Origin: Desulfurococcales archaeon
GTDB lineage: Archaea > Thermoproteota > Thermoprotei_A > Sulfolobales > NBVN01
Length of the DNA stretch: 55,488 nt
Assembly (NCBI GenBank): GCA_027064885.1
Contig: JAMOOZ010000064.1
Span: 1 to 55,488 of the forward strand
Direction of reading: 5' to 3'
Of the stretch, positions 45,108-54,591 are shown one piece after another; position 1 is the stretch's first letter; each line of letters begins with the position of its first letter. The notes beneath the pieces are model-generated. The model was not told the DNA's origin, did not search any database, and worked only from the letters and a program-made list of their open reading frames with translations. A program made the translations under genes and the position numbers.

Positions 45108-48100
45108 TCAGTTTTCTTGAAGTAACGCCCTGTAGAGAAGGTAAGCACCGTAAGTTATTTTCAAGAGAAATTTCATGTTGAATTCAGCGTCACCTTCTTT
45201 AAATTCCTGTTGGCTCCCACTACCTCTCTGGAAGATTGTGGATGTTCGTGCCTTTATACCCATGACTCTAGCTATTTCCTCAACGTCAATGAATTCCTCA
45301 CCTATTACTTCCTTGAGTTTCTCAAAAGGATTAATTAGACGATTATTCCTGACTAATTCATCAAGCAGAAGTGAGGCCGTTCTACCGAACGCGTATTCTT
45401 CTAGCTTGGACGCAGTGACTATAAAGGCGTTTTCATCAATGGCTTTCTCTAGTATACTAACTAGCCACTGGCGGACTGCTCTAGGTACACCTGTCTCCTT
45501 TATCCTTTTAATGTCGATACTTTCCCCGTCAAACACCCCAACTATGAACTCATCCTTCCCGACAGGAACCACTTCAACCGCGTATATGTTGAGCTTCCTT
45601 GAAGGCTTGGGTATCCAGGCCTGTATCCCCTTTATAGAAGTTAGCTCTACCCCACTAACTTTACGTATTAGGGACGCACAAAGCTTCATAACATCGCTCC
45701 ACTTTAGAGAATTAGTTAGTAAGTAATCCCTAGCCGCTGGGTCAAGCATCCCTATTAACTGTATCCATACCCCCGGTGGTTTTAAGCTACTTAACTCACT
45801 GATGAGGCGTTCCCAATCTATAATGTTGAGCACCCCTGATGCTTCAGGCTCCCACATCACTACGGTAGGCGCTCCAGCAACAGGCTTGAACACAGTAATA
45901 CGTAATTCACGGAACGATATCCTATACTTAGGGTGTATCCTTAAGACTAGCATTAAGGCTGCAGCAGCTAATTTTAGCTTATCAATACTAGTGTCCGGAT
46001 CCAGTTGCTTCACTATGCCGTACGTTAAGTCCGTGTAGCTTCCCGCTACGTCAGAGTTTATTTCCAGGTTCGCCTTCTCAAATAGCTGTAGTATTGTTTT
46101 CCCGGCTTTAACTACCTTATATCTATTTCGTGACTCAATAGTCCAGAGGACCCTAAGCGGCGTTTCCCTTAGTATTCCGAAGCCCTCGCTTGGGATGTGG
46201 AGTGCTATCTCAACGTAGGAAGTTAACCTGCCTGTGAGTATGTCCATACGCAGGTCTGGTTTCTCACCCCATTTTGCCTTTATAGCTTCATAATGTGGTA
46301 TGATTTCAGAGAGCCAGGACGGTGGGTTACGTAGAACATTATCTATGGGTTCCTCTATGATGCGGTCGAAGCCTGACTTCACTACGAAGGAATTCTCGGA
46401 GTAGTCTATCATGCCTACCTGGTATCTCTCGACCAAGTCTCTACGTGATGACTGCTCCAGCTCCACATACCCGCTGTTTTTCTTCAAGAATCTTCGGATC
46501 CCGTAAGGCGGTCCGAACTCATAGAAGTTCAAGTATCTCCATATCTTAATGGCTTTCTCGTTAGGATAGGGTCTACCGCTGACCCAGTCAAGTAGTTTTA
46601 GCTCATTAAGTAACTCAATGTCATCATCGCCTAAACCAGTATTAGCGAAGAGTTTGTAGAGCGTAGTGAATAACTTGGCGTATTTATTCTCACTAATTAC
46701 GTAAACCTTCTCCAGCGACAGCTCCTCAAACGACCTAATACCGTCCTTGCCTAGTGCTAGAATTTCTCGGTCCCACGGACTTACTGGCATTATTACTGTC
46801 TCAGTCTCACCGATCTCCTTGCGTCTTCCTTTCCTTCCCTCTCTTTGCCAGTACTCCCGCGTCTCCACAGGTAGTCCGTAGTGAACTACCCTTCCTATTG
46901 TCGGGAGGTCTATTCCTTGTAGTAGAGTTCTTACCGTTACTATAACTTTAACCTTAGGTGGTATGTAGGCTGCGTCCTTCTCTATTTTGGTCCTAATATC
47001 CTTTGGGACTAGGTGATGATGGGGCTGGATTAGTGACTGTAAGTTCGGAGGAAGTAACGATCTTATCCTTCTAACTAGCTTGTCAACCACGCGTATGCTT
47101 GGAGCAAAGACAACCGTAACTACGTCGTCCTGCAGGTACTCGCTCAGTATTTCCGCTGGGTCGAAATACGGTATACTTACGTTGATTCCATAGCGGCGGG
47201 CTTCCTTAACTAAGATATGCGCATTTCTGTGGAAGAGTTCTGGATCCTCAAGCCATTCGCGGTAACGCTTGAAGAAGCGTGTGCCCCTAGTTAATCCCAG
47301 TAGCCTCTCCCTTAGTTTCTCAAGATCCTTACCTAGAATAACATACACGCAGTTCTTTAGCTTGAATGGTTTTCCGTGAATAACCTTCGTTGGGCGACCG
47401 GTAATATTCTCCAGTATGTTCGCGAATTCCTTAGGGTTTCCTAAGGTGGCTGTCAGGACGACTACTTGAGGGGTTGTTTTACTCATACGTAGGAACTTAG
47501 CGATGATTTCGATCATCGCCACTATTAATGAAGCACCATGTGACCCGTAGAAATCTAATTCATCAACAACTATAATGTCAACACTACCCATGAATTCAGC
47601 TAGTACTGATGAGTGTAGATCTACAGATGCTCTCTTCAAGTCGTTCAGCAGGAACGCCGGATTTGTTATCACTATTGACGCTGACCTAGTACGTCTCCTT
47701 ACTTCGTCCCTCCCTAAACGCTTACACTCCGGAGCATCGATAATGACGACGTGATGTGATGTATCAATAGCATTATAGTATTCCTTAATCCTGCGTATTT
47801 GATCTCGTGATAGAGCCAGCGTCGGGTAAATAGCAAGCACTTTCTTCCTTGTCGTTAGTGCGTGTATTACCCAAGCCTCGGTTTTCCCTGAGCCTGTACC
47901 GGATATTAAAACTACGTTCTTACCCTCTTCAAGCGCCCTTAATGTTTCTAGCTGATGCGCGTAAAGATATTGGCTTGATAGAGATCTACATCTGGGTCCT
48001 CCCTCACGAAGTTCGGGTAAGACGTCCGAGAATCTTACCCGGGTTCTCTCAGGTTCTGAACCCTCCTCACAATAGGTCTCCGCATTTAAACTATACCTTT

Positions 48101-48146
48101 CTATTATGTCCCTCGTTGAAATCCTCAATGTATCTATCCAACACAT
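45108..48146 (-). CDS. Large SF2 DEAD/DEAH-box helicase with a YprA/MrfA-like C-terminal extension that lacks the Cys cluster
   Basis: Motif I SGTGSGKTEA, II VVDELDFY, III LTATL, VI QREGRKGRR. The C-terminal ~540 aa include a YprA-like segment (RDLVERYQVGMIDYSENSFVV) but carry only one Cys. Confidence 0.8.
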   Translation of the reverse strand: MCWIDTLRISTRDIIERYSLNAETYCEEGSEPERTRVRFSDVLPELREGGPRCRSLSSQYLYAHQLETLRALEEGKNVVLISGTGSGKTEAWVIHALTTRKKVLAIYPTLALSRDQIRRIKEYYNAIDTSHHVVIIDAPECKRLGRDEVRRRTRSASIVITNPAFLLNDLKRASVDLHSSVLAEFMGSVDIIVVDELDFYGSHGASLIVAMIEIIAKFLRMSKTTPQVVVLTATLGNPKEFANILENITGRPTKVIHGKPFKLKNCVYVILGKDLEKLRERLLGLTRGTRFFKRYREWLEDPELFHRNAHILVKEARRYGINVSIPYFDPAEILSEYLQDDVVTVVFAPSIRVVDKLVRRIRSLLPPNLQSLIQPHHHLVPKDIRTKIEKDAAYIPPKVKVIVTVRTLLQGIDLPTIGRVVHYGLPVETREYWQREGRKGRRKEIGETETVIMPVSPWDREILALGKDGIRSFEELSLEKVYVISENKYAKLFTTLYKLFANTGLGDDDIELLNELKLLDWVSGRPYPNEKAIKIWRYLNFYEFGPPYGIRRFLKKNSGYVELEQSSRRDLVERYQVGMIDYSENSFVVKSGFDRIIEEPIDNVLRNPPSWLSEIIPHYEAIKAKWGEKPDLRMDILTGRLTSYVEIALHIPSEGFGILRETPLRVLWTIESRNRYKVVKAGKTILQLFEKANLEINSDVAGSYTDLTYGIVKQLDPDTSIDKLKLAAAALMLVLRIHPKYRISFRELRITVFKPVAGAPTVVMWEPEASGVLNIIDWERLISELSSLKPPGVWIQLIGMLDPAARDYLLTNSLKWSDVMKLCASLIRKVSGVELTSIKGIQAWIPKPSRKLNIYAVEVVPVGKDEFIVGVFDGESIDIKRIKETGVPRAVRQWLVSILEKAIDENAFIVTASKLEEYAFGRTASLLLDELVRNNRLINPFEKLKEVIGEEFIDVEEIARVMGIKARTSTIFQRGSGSQQEFKEGDAEFNMKFLLKITYGAYLLYRALLQEN

Positions 48147-48552
48147 TACTTCTCTAATGCTTTTAGGTTATAGTGTGCTTAGAACTTGTTTTAGGTAATT
48201 GAATATGTTTACCTCATAGTACGGAAAAATTCCCTAATCTGGAAGTAGAAGTTATTCGCTAGAGAACATCTCTGTAAACATTTTTAATTAAAACCCATTA
48301 TTAACAGAGAGAATCTAGTAAAATTTTGAAGGGGGCGCGGTACAAGGGAAGCCCCAGCAAGACACTTCCAAGGAGTTCGGTGACACACTCCATACTAATC
48401 CTGCGGGCTAACATACGCGCACTCAAGAATAAAGAACTCAGGTTAGAGGAGATGCTAAAAATATCGGAAGTAATGGATTTCCAGTATTAATATACCCGAG
48501 GCCATAGAGAAAATTACAGAACCCATGGGCTAGAGAAAGAAACTAGAAAAAC

Positions 48553-48807
48553 TTAGTAAGTCCTTAGTGGTCCAAAAGCGTTCATAGAAAAGTTCGGATT
48601 TCGTGCGGGTTCTGTCCAGCATTCATAGGCTACGTAGAGAAGACCAAAGAAATACTCAACAGCATAATCTGCAGGTGCGCTTGGCCACAAACAGATAATA
48701 AAAGCCATAAAACATGTAATGAAGCTTGAGAAGCGGGCATGAATTACTTCTGATCTCTCCATATCAAAAACACAACTACTTGCACGATACTCAGCTTTTC
48801 CATACAT
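48553..48807 (-). CDS. Possible small membrane protein
   Basis: 84-aa ORF overlapping the 3' end of the GT2 gene by 17 nt on the same strand, with two hydrophobic segments. No other support. Confidence 0.25.
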   Translation of the reverse strand: MYGKAEYRASSCVFDMERSEVIHARFSSFITCFMAFIICLWPSAPADYAVEYFFGLLYVAYECWTEPARNPNFSMNAFGPLRTY

Positions 48808-49864
48808 ATTTCTTACTAATTACGTAGTTCAGTATGAACCCTACAATTATGCCTAGTAGTTGTGCTAGTATCGAGTTATGCACTACAAATTCGTACATCC
48901 CTATCGAGACAACCATCTGTGTTAGAATACCGGCCGCACTTGATCCGTGAAACTTCGCTAGGCGTGAGATCCAACTGCCTTTCCTCGCAGTTTTAAAGGT
49001 CCAGAGATCGTTTAGTGTAAAGTTATTCAGTACTGAAATCTCAATCGCTACGGGGGCAGCGATTACGTGCGGTATGCCTAGTAAGTACCTCTCCATGTAG
49101 AGGACAGCTAGGTTCACTATAGTCCCTACACCTCCAACGATAGCGAACTTTAGGTATGAAGGGGAGAGAGTCAAGACGTGGATAACGTAGTTAATTATTT
49201 CTTTCATACCTAGCTTAGATTGACCTTTGAAACGCTGACCAAATCTAAACGGAACTTCACAGACACTTCTGTAGCACCCCTTTACAAGGACTTCCAGGAG
49301 TATTTTGAAGCCTTTAGGATCTAACCCATTAGCTCTTTCCAAGACACTACGCTTGAACAAGAAGAAGCCCGACATGGGATCCTTTACATTCCGGCTTTGA
49401 GGTAAGAGTATACGAGCTATTAGCGTTGCGCCCTTGGATATTAGTTTCCGTAGTGCCGACCACTCCCCTACTGACCCTCCTTTAACGTACCGGGATGCTA
49501 TCACTATGTCACAACCATTCATTGCTGCCTTCACAAGCTTCGGAATAACCTCGGGTGGGTGCTGAAGGTCCGCATCCATGACAACTATTAAGTCGCCTTC
49601 AGCCATCCTGAATCCGTCAATAACCGCGGAAGAAAGACCTAATTTGCCAGGCCTTCTCACTACTTTTACCGGGTACTTGGAACTTAGACTTTCCGCGACG
49701 TCAGCTGTCCCATCAGGGGAGTTATCGTCGACTATTATCACTTCGTACTTCAAGCCTTCCTTCCTTAGCGAGGCATCAATACGTTTGATGAGTTCCTTAA
49801 TGTTGTCTCTTTCATTATAGGTAGGCACTATTATGCTTATCAGTCGCATTACCTCAGACCTCAC
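48791..49864 (-). CDS. GT2 glycosyltransferase (dolichyl-phosphate mannose/glucose synthase-like) fused to a GtrA-like membrane domain
   Basis: ISIIVPTYNE, IIVDDNSPDGT and VMDADLQHPP, followed by 4 TM helices of GtrA type. The start may be the ATG at 49849. Confidence 0.8.
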   Translation of the reverse strand: MRSEVMRLISIIVPTYNERDNIKELIKRIDASLRKEGLKYEVIIVDDNSPDGTADVAESLSSKYPVKVVRRPGKLGLSSAVIDGFRMAEGDLIVVMDADLQHPPEVIPKLVKAAMNGCDIVIASRYVKGGSVGEWSALRKLISKGATLIARILLPQSRNVKDPMSGFFLFKRSVLERANGLDPKGFKILLEVLVKGCYRSVCEVPFRFGQRFKGQSKLGMKEIINYVIHVLTLSPSYLKFAIVGGVGTIVNLAVLYMERYLLGIPHVIAAPVAIEISVLNNFTLNDLWTFKTARKGSWISRLAKFHGSSAAGILTQMVVSIGMYEFVVHNSILAQLLGIIVGFILNYVISKKYVWKS

Positions 49865-49883
49865 TAAACGCGTTAGCCACTCC

Positions 49884-50777
49884 CTACTGTAAGCATCGCA
49901 TCCATACTAAAACTTTCTTGCTTAATATGTAGAGCTCCTTCCTGGAGAACCAAGGTATTCTTGACCTAGCTATCCTCAAGAAGGATGCCGCTGTTCCAGT
50001 CGCAACCGCGTATTTAAGATCATGACCCTGCAGATGCAGTGCGACAATGCTTGAGAAGACGTCTCCAGCCCCTATGTCGTCTCCATAGGCATGGTCAAGC
50101 GCGTTAGCTATGCATAAGCGCCCGTCCGGGTATGCAACATAGATAGGCCCTTCACCCATGGTTTGCACTGCTCGAGCCCTACCACCTTCAATGCACCTAA
50201 CTAGGGCTGGCCCTCTACACTCCGGCGGAAACTCTGAAATTTCACCCCTTATTACGATATCTTCCTTGCGTAACTTTCGAATTACCTCGCGACTTAAGTT
50301 ATGGTCGATCCATACCCGTCCCTTAGGGTCAAACATGCGTACCAAGCCCTGAATATCAACTATTACATGCGGTACGTGCTTAGCTATTAGTATCACATCG
50401 TCGACGGTAATTTCTTGGGCTACTGGCGAGATTAATGCTGATTTGACACTGTCTAAGGCACCGTTGTCGATGACCTTACTTATTAGGTCTGAGAAGGCTT
50501 TGATCTCGCTGCGCAACCTTAGATCTCTCTGACCGCTTTCTCTGGGTAGTGTTATCTCGTATATAATATCAAATTCAGGGTTCGACGTAATTATAACGTG
50601 TCGTCCTCGCTTACCGCAAATCTTCCTTAAGAATGACGAGTTAGTTAGCACTATTGTTTCGACATCAATGTGTGATAGTGCCGTTAATGCGTAGTAGGCT
50701 GAGCCACCTATCCTTAACTTACCATTTACGTAATCCTTTGTTGTTCCAGCAACCAATAATACCTTTTCCTCCTCCAT
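49884..50777 (-). CDS. PfkB/ribokinase-family sugar or nucleoside kinase
   Basis: C-terminal GAGDVFSSIVAL motif and an N-terminal GGSAYY motif. Start trimmed to MEEEK at 50777, which is preceded by GGGGTGAGAGG. Confidence 0.6.
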   Translation of the reverse strand: MEEEKVLLVAGTTKDYVNGKLRIGGSAYYALTALSHIDVETIVLTNSSFLRKICGKRGRHVIITSNPEFDIIYEITLPRESGQRDLRLRSEIKAFSDLISKVIDNGALDSVKSALISPVAQEITVDDVILIAKHVPHVIVDIQGLVRMFDPKGRVWIDHNLSREVIRKLRKEDIVIRGEISEFPPECRGPALVRCIEGGRARAVQTMGEGPIYVAYPDGRLCIANALDHAYGDDIGAGDVFSSIVALHLQGHDLKYAVATGTAASFLRIARSRIPWFSRKELYILSKKVLVWMRCLQ

Positions 50778-50781
50778 CCTC

Positions 50782-53409
50782 TCACCCCTGAACCTTGCGT
50801 ATGACTGCCTCATAGAGGCGGAGGAGTAACTTCTTACGATCTTCCATGAGGACTACGTCACTGTATCCTTGTGCGACTATATTGTGCGCGAAGGGGGATG
50901 GAGCATCATAGCTTCTGAATATGGTGACCTTTACGTCTCCCTCTTCCATCCACTGGAGTACCTTCTCAGCGTCACTTACATTCATATGGTCTTCCATCAC
51001 CTCTCTATATGCTTCTTCTAATAATGGGAACCCGGGGATTTTCTCTACAATACGTAAGAGGGTCTCGGAATTGAGTTGTCTTCTGTTAATATTGGTCTCC
51101 ACGCCCTTATAGTTTTTCAGTATTGCGAATGACCTCTCTGCAACGTGTCTGAACCTTCTCTTAAGTATCTCGCTTCTCCTTAAAGCTTTCCTTAGTATTA
51201 ATCGTAAGTTAGAGCTCCTCACACTACCCAATAAGTCCCTTACATCGTTCTCAGTTATGTGTGCGTAGCTTGGGACAGTTAACATGAAGCCGTTGTCAGT
51301 TACGGTTACTCTTACGTTAGCTTCGACGATTCTACTTAGCACCGCGGCATAGGCTCTAGATAGTGCTGCGTTAACCCTTCTTCCAAAAAGGTAATGGAAG
51401 ATTACGTCAGTACCGTTTACTTGCGGGTCCTCCCATATCTCAATAGCTAACTCTTTGTTCGTTGGTACTATTCCTCCGGTGTACTTCATTTGCTCCCATA
51501 CATAACCCACTATCTGAGCTGCAGCATGTTTCGTTAGCTTATATTGTTTTGAGACAATGTTTACTGCTTCTTCATAGCCTAGCTTAACGATTAAATCTCT
51601 CACGTATCCCCGGAACCTACCTATTTCTAAGGCTGAATCGAAGGAAAGCGGGAGCATCTCGGAAAACCAGCTTGGTACTGTGGGTCTCTGATTATCGGCT
51701 CGCTTCACTATTATTTTCATTCCCTCTGACCTCACATACTGATACGTTCTCCCTCCAAGCACGAAGATATCTCCGGGCTCTAGGTACTCGACGAATCCTT
51801 CATCTAGATTCCCAACATACCAGCGACCCTCTAGAAGCACCTTTATTTTGGCCTCATCCGGTATCGCGCCTGAGTTCAGGTAATATATCATCCTAGCTGA
51901 CTTCTTCCTGCCGAAAACACCCTCGAGTTCGTCCAACCATATCTTAGAGTAAACAGCAAGACCTGTGAATGAAGCTTCGTACCTGCCTGCGAGGAACCTT
52001 AGTACACGCATGAACTCATCGAACGTTAAGTTCCTGAAGTTAAATGACCTCTTCACGACCCGGTAGGCATCCTTTATATTCCACTTCTTTTCGAGCGACA
52101 TACCTACTATGTGTTGAGCTAGCATGTCGAGTGGTTTCTCGGGGATTCTTATTCTGTCTAGCTTCCTCTCTACCGCGAGCTTGGCAAGCACCGTGTCCTC
52201 TATTAGGTCGTCCCTGTCCACCGCTATTACGTAGCCCTTACTTACGTCGCTTACGTTATGCCCTGATCTTCCTACGCGTTGAATTAGTCGAGTGACGCTT
52301 TTTGGACTACTGAGTAGTACGACGGCGTCTATATAGCCTATGTCAATACCAAGTTCGAGGCTTGATGAACAGACTACTGCCTTCAGTTCACCCCGCTTAA
52401 GTCTGTCCTCAACCCCGAGCCTGACATCCCTACTTAATGAGCTGTGATGCGCCTCTATGTCATCCGCGTTAGCGACACCCTCACTACTTAGTACCTTCTT
52501 TAACTTGTAAACTACTCTCTCGGTGGCGCTCCGTGTGTTCGTGAATATCAACGTCGTCCTATGCTTGCTAATTATCTTCTTAAGTAGGTCGTATATGGCC
52601 TCATTTATTTCTGCTGCTGAGGCCCTCACTATATCTATCTTAGGGCATAGTACCTTAACTCTCATGGGCTTTACGAATCTCGCATCAATGACTGTGCAGT
52701 CTCTAGGCTTTCCATTGTCCCCATAACCTACGAGGAACTGCGCGACAACTTCGAGGGGTGATATGGTTGCGCTTAAACCTATCCTCTGTATCCTGCTCTC
52801 AACCAACTCCTCAAGCCTTTCAAGGCTTAGGCTCAGGTGAGCGCCTCTCTTACTGGACGCTAGTTCATGAATCTCATCTACTATTACCCACCTAACGCTC
52901 CTGAGTTTCTCTCTGAATTTAGGAGCCGTTATTATTATTGCTAGTGATTCGGGTGTAGTTATGAGTACGTGGGGAGGGTGACGCAACATCCTTTGCCGTT
53001 CTGAGGGCGTGGTGTCGCTTGTTCTAACACCCACACTTATTTCAGGTAACTCTATCCCTAGCTCCTTTGCTTTCTCCCGGATTCCCAGAATCGGTGGTAT
53101 TAGGTTCTTCCTCATATCGTTGTTCAGTGCTCTCAGGGGGGAGACGTAGAGAACATATACTTTCTCCTTAAGTTTTCCCTGCTCACCCAGTCTATACAGC
53201 TCATCAATTAATGCGAGGAAAGCAGCGAGCGTCTTCCCTGTACCGGTGGGTGATGATATTAGTACGTTTTCACCCTTCTTGATCCTAGGTATGGCCATCA
53301 GCTGTGCTGGCGTGAACCTACCATATTTCTCCCTAAACCATTCAATGGTGTACTTAGCCAGGTACCTCTCCATCCTGACGGTCCCGGCTCTCCGAATTAC
53401 TCGTAGCAA
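50782..53409 (-). CDS. lhr: Lhr-type (Hel112-like) SF2 helicase
   Basis: LISSPTGTGKTLAAFL, VIVDEIHEL, SATI and RVGRSGH, plus a long Lhr-like C-terminal domain. The start is probably MERYLAKY at 53373. Confidence 0.85.
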   Translation of the reverse strand: MLRVIRRAGTVRMERYLAKYTIEWFREKYGRFTPAQLMAIPRIKKGENVLISSPTGTGKTLAAFLALIDELYRLGEQGKLKEKVYVLYVSPLRALNNDMRKNLIPPILGIREKAKELGIELPEISVGVRTSDTTPSERQRMLRHPPHVLITTPESLAIIITAPKFREKLRSVRWVIVDEIHELASSKRGAHLSLSLERLEELVESRIQRIGLSATISPLEVVAQFLVGYGDNGKPRDCTVIDARFVKPMRVKVLCPKIDIVRASAAEINEAIYDLLKKIISKHRTTLIFTNTRSATERVVYKLKKVLSSEGVANADDIEAHHSSLSRDVRLGVEDRLKRGELKAVVCSSSLELGIDIGYIDAVVLLSSPKSVTRLIQRVGRSGHNVSDVSKGYVIAVDRDDLIEDTVLAKLAVERKLDRIRIPEKPLDMLAQHIVGMSLEKKWNIKDAYRVVKRSFNFRNLTFDEFMRVLRFLAGRYEASFTGLAVYSKIWLDELEGVFGRKKSARMIYYLNSGAIPDEAKIKVLLEGRWYVGNLDEGFVEYLEPGDIFVLGGRTYQYVRSEGMKIIVKRADNQRPTVPSWFSEMLPLSFDSALEIGRFRGYVRDLIVKLGYEEAVNIVSKQYKLTKHAAAQIVGYVWEQMKYTGGIVPTNKELAIEIWEDPQVNGTDVIFHYLFGRRVNAALSRAYAAVLSRIVEANVRVTVTDNGFMLTVPSYAHITENDVRDLLGSVRSSNLRLILRKALRRSEILKRRFRHVAERSFAILKNYKGVETNINRRQLNSETLLRIVEKIPGFPLLEEAYREVMEDHMNVSDAEKVLQWMEEGDVKVTIFRSYDAPSPFAHNIVAQGYSDVVLMEDRKKLLLRLYEAVIRKVQG

Positions 53410-53512
53410 CTATCATCACCTCGCTAGCGATTAACTTTAGTATTTGTTAGCTTGGAGCTCCAGAGCTACGTATGTCTTTATTCCTGAACTTATCTTCGTT
53501 TCCTAAACGTAA

Positions 53513-53524
53513 CCCTATATAGGG
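53513..53524. promoter_or_regulatory. Palindromic TATA-like element in a divergent intergenic region
   Basis: CCCTATATAGGG is a perfect 12-bp palindrome. It lies 31 nt upstream of the TTG at 53555 and about 100-140 nt from the two candidate lhr starts. Confidence 0.25.
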
Positions 53525-53554
53525 CAAGGACTATCTATATGTAGGGTTCCATCA

Positions 53555-54121
53555 TTGAAGGTCGAGGCAATAGTAGTGCTAACTGTGTTTGCACTCGCCA
53601 TATTCTATGGTGCTTTACTACCACCTGATTACAAGTCGAGCGTATCCTCCTCTACGAAAGAGGTACTGGCACCGGTATCTGACTTCGTTAAGGAAAACCC
53701 CGTTAAAACGTTCCTTTCATTACCGTTCGTTATATTCTATAATAACTTGAGAGTAGCTATAGTTAACCTACTACTTGGTGTTACGCTACTAGCACCCCTA
53801 GGAATAGCTTGGTTTAATGGATTCATAGTAGGATCCATAGCGACTTACGGCGACGTCGCTAGGAATATCATATTGCTGCTACCGCACGGCATAATTGAAT
53901 TGTCGGCGATACTATACTCAGCCATTCTGGGCTTGAAAGTAGGTGTTGAGTTCGTAAAGAAGGCTCTACTCAAAAGAGGCGCGCCTCTTGAGGCATTTAA
54001 ATACGCTCTAAGTAAGTTCAAATTAATATTCATCTTACTGTTAATCGCAGCGATTGTGGAATCATATGTCACTCCATTAATATACTTTCTATATGCCTTA
54101 ATCACGGGTAGCAAGATATGA
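53555..54121 (+). CDS. SpoIIM-like (DUF95) integral membrane protein
   Basis: FYNNLRVAIVNLLLG ... FNGFIVG ... LLPHGIIELSAI matches the family pattern. Confidence 0.65.
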   Translation: MKVEAIVVLTVFALAIFYGALLPPDYKSSVSSSTKEVLAPVSDFVKENPVKTFLSLPFVIFYNNLRVAIVNLLLGVTLLAPLGIAWFNGFIVGSIATYGDVARNIILLLPHGIIELSAILYSAILGLKVGVEFVKKALLKRGAPLEAFKYALSKFKLIFILLLIAAIVESYVTPLIYFLYALITGSKI

Positions 54122-54483
54122 GTAGCGAGCTATGCAGGAGAGCAACACAGGCATTCATTAACGCATTACTCTGCTACTTACGGTCAAATGCCGTGCGCAC
54201 CCTTAAGATAGCCTCGCTAACAGGCCAAAATAAAATAAAGGTCTCACTAAGGGCATTCATGCGTTGTCATGACCCCTCCTCAGGGTTTGCCAAAATGGAG
54301 GAAGTTGTGAGTATGCTAACTAAGTGTAGCGAGGGTTCATGGATACAGAAGCTTGGGTGGGACTATATACTAGAGGGAGAAGAGCTATACTTTATAATTC
54401 CTCTGAAAAACCTTGCGGAATTAACGCAAGCTAATGGAAGCAAACTAAGACACACCTTACTGAAGACTCTAAGCTCTGACTAA
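54118..54483 (+). CDS. Hypothetical protein (121 aa)
   Basis: ATGA overlap with the upstream membrane-protein gene. I recognise no motif. Confidence 0.4.
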   Translation: MSSELCRRATQAFINALLCYLRSNAVRTLKIASLTGQNKIKVSLRAFMRCHDPSSGFAKMEEVVSMLTKCSEGSWIQKLGWDYILEGEELYFIIPLKNLAELTQANGSKLRHTLLKTLSSD

Positions 54484-54591
54484 CGTATAGAAAATTGTTT
54501 TAGGCGTCAGCGACCAATGTTAAGTAGGGTTAAAGGTATTGATGAGAGTCATGCCCCCTGACCGGTGATGAGCATTAGGGGTAGCTGATAA

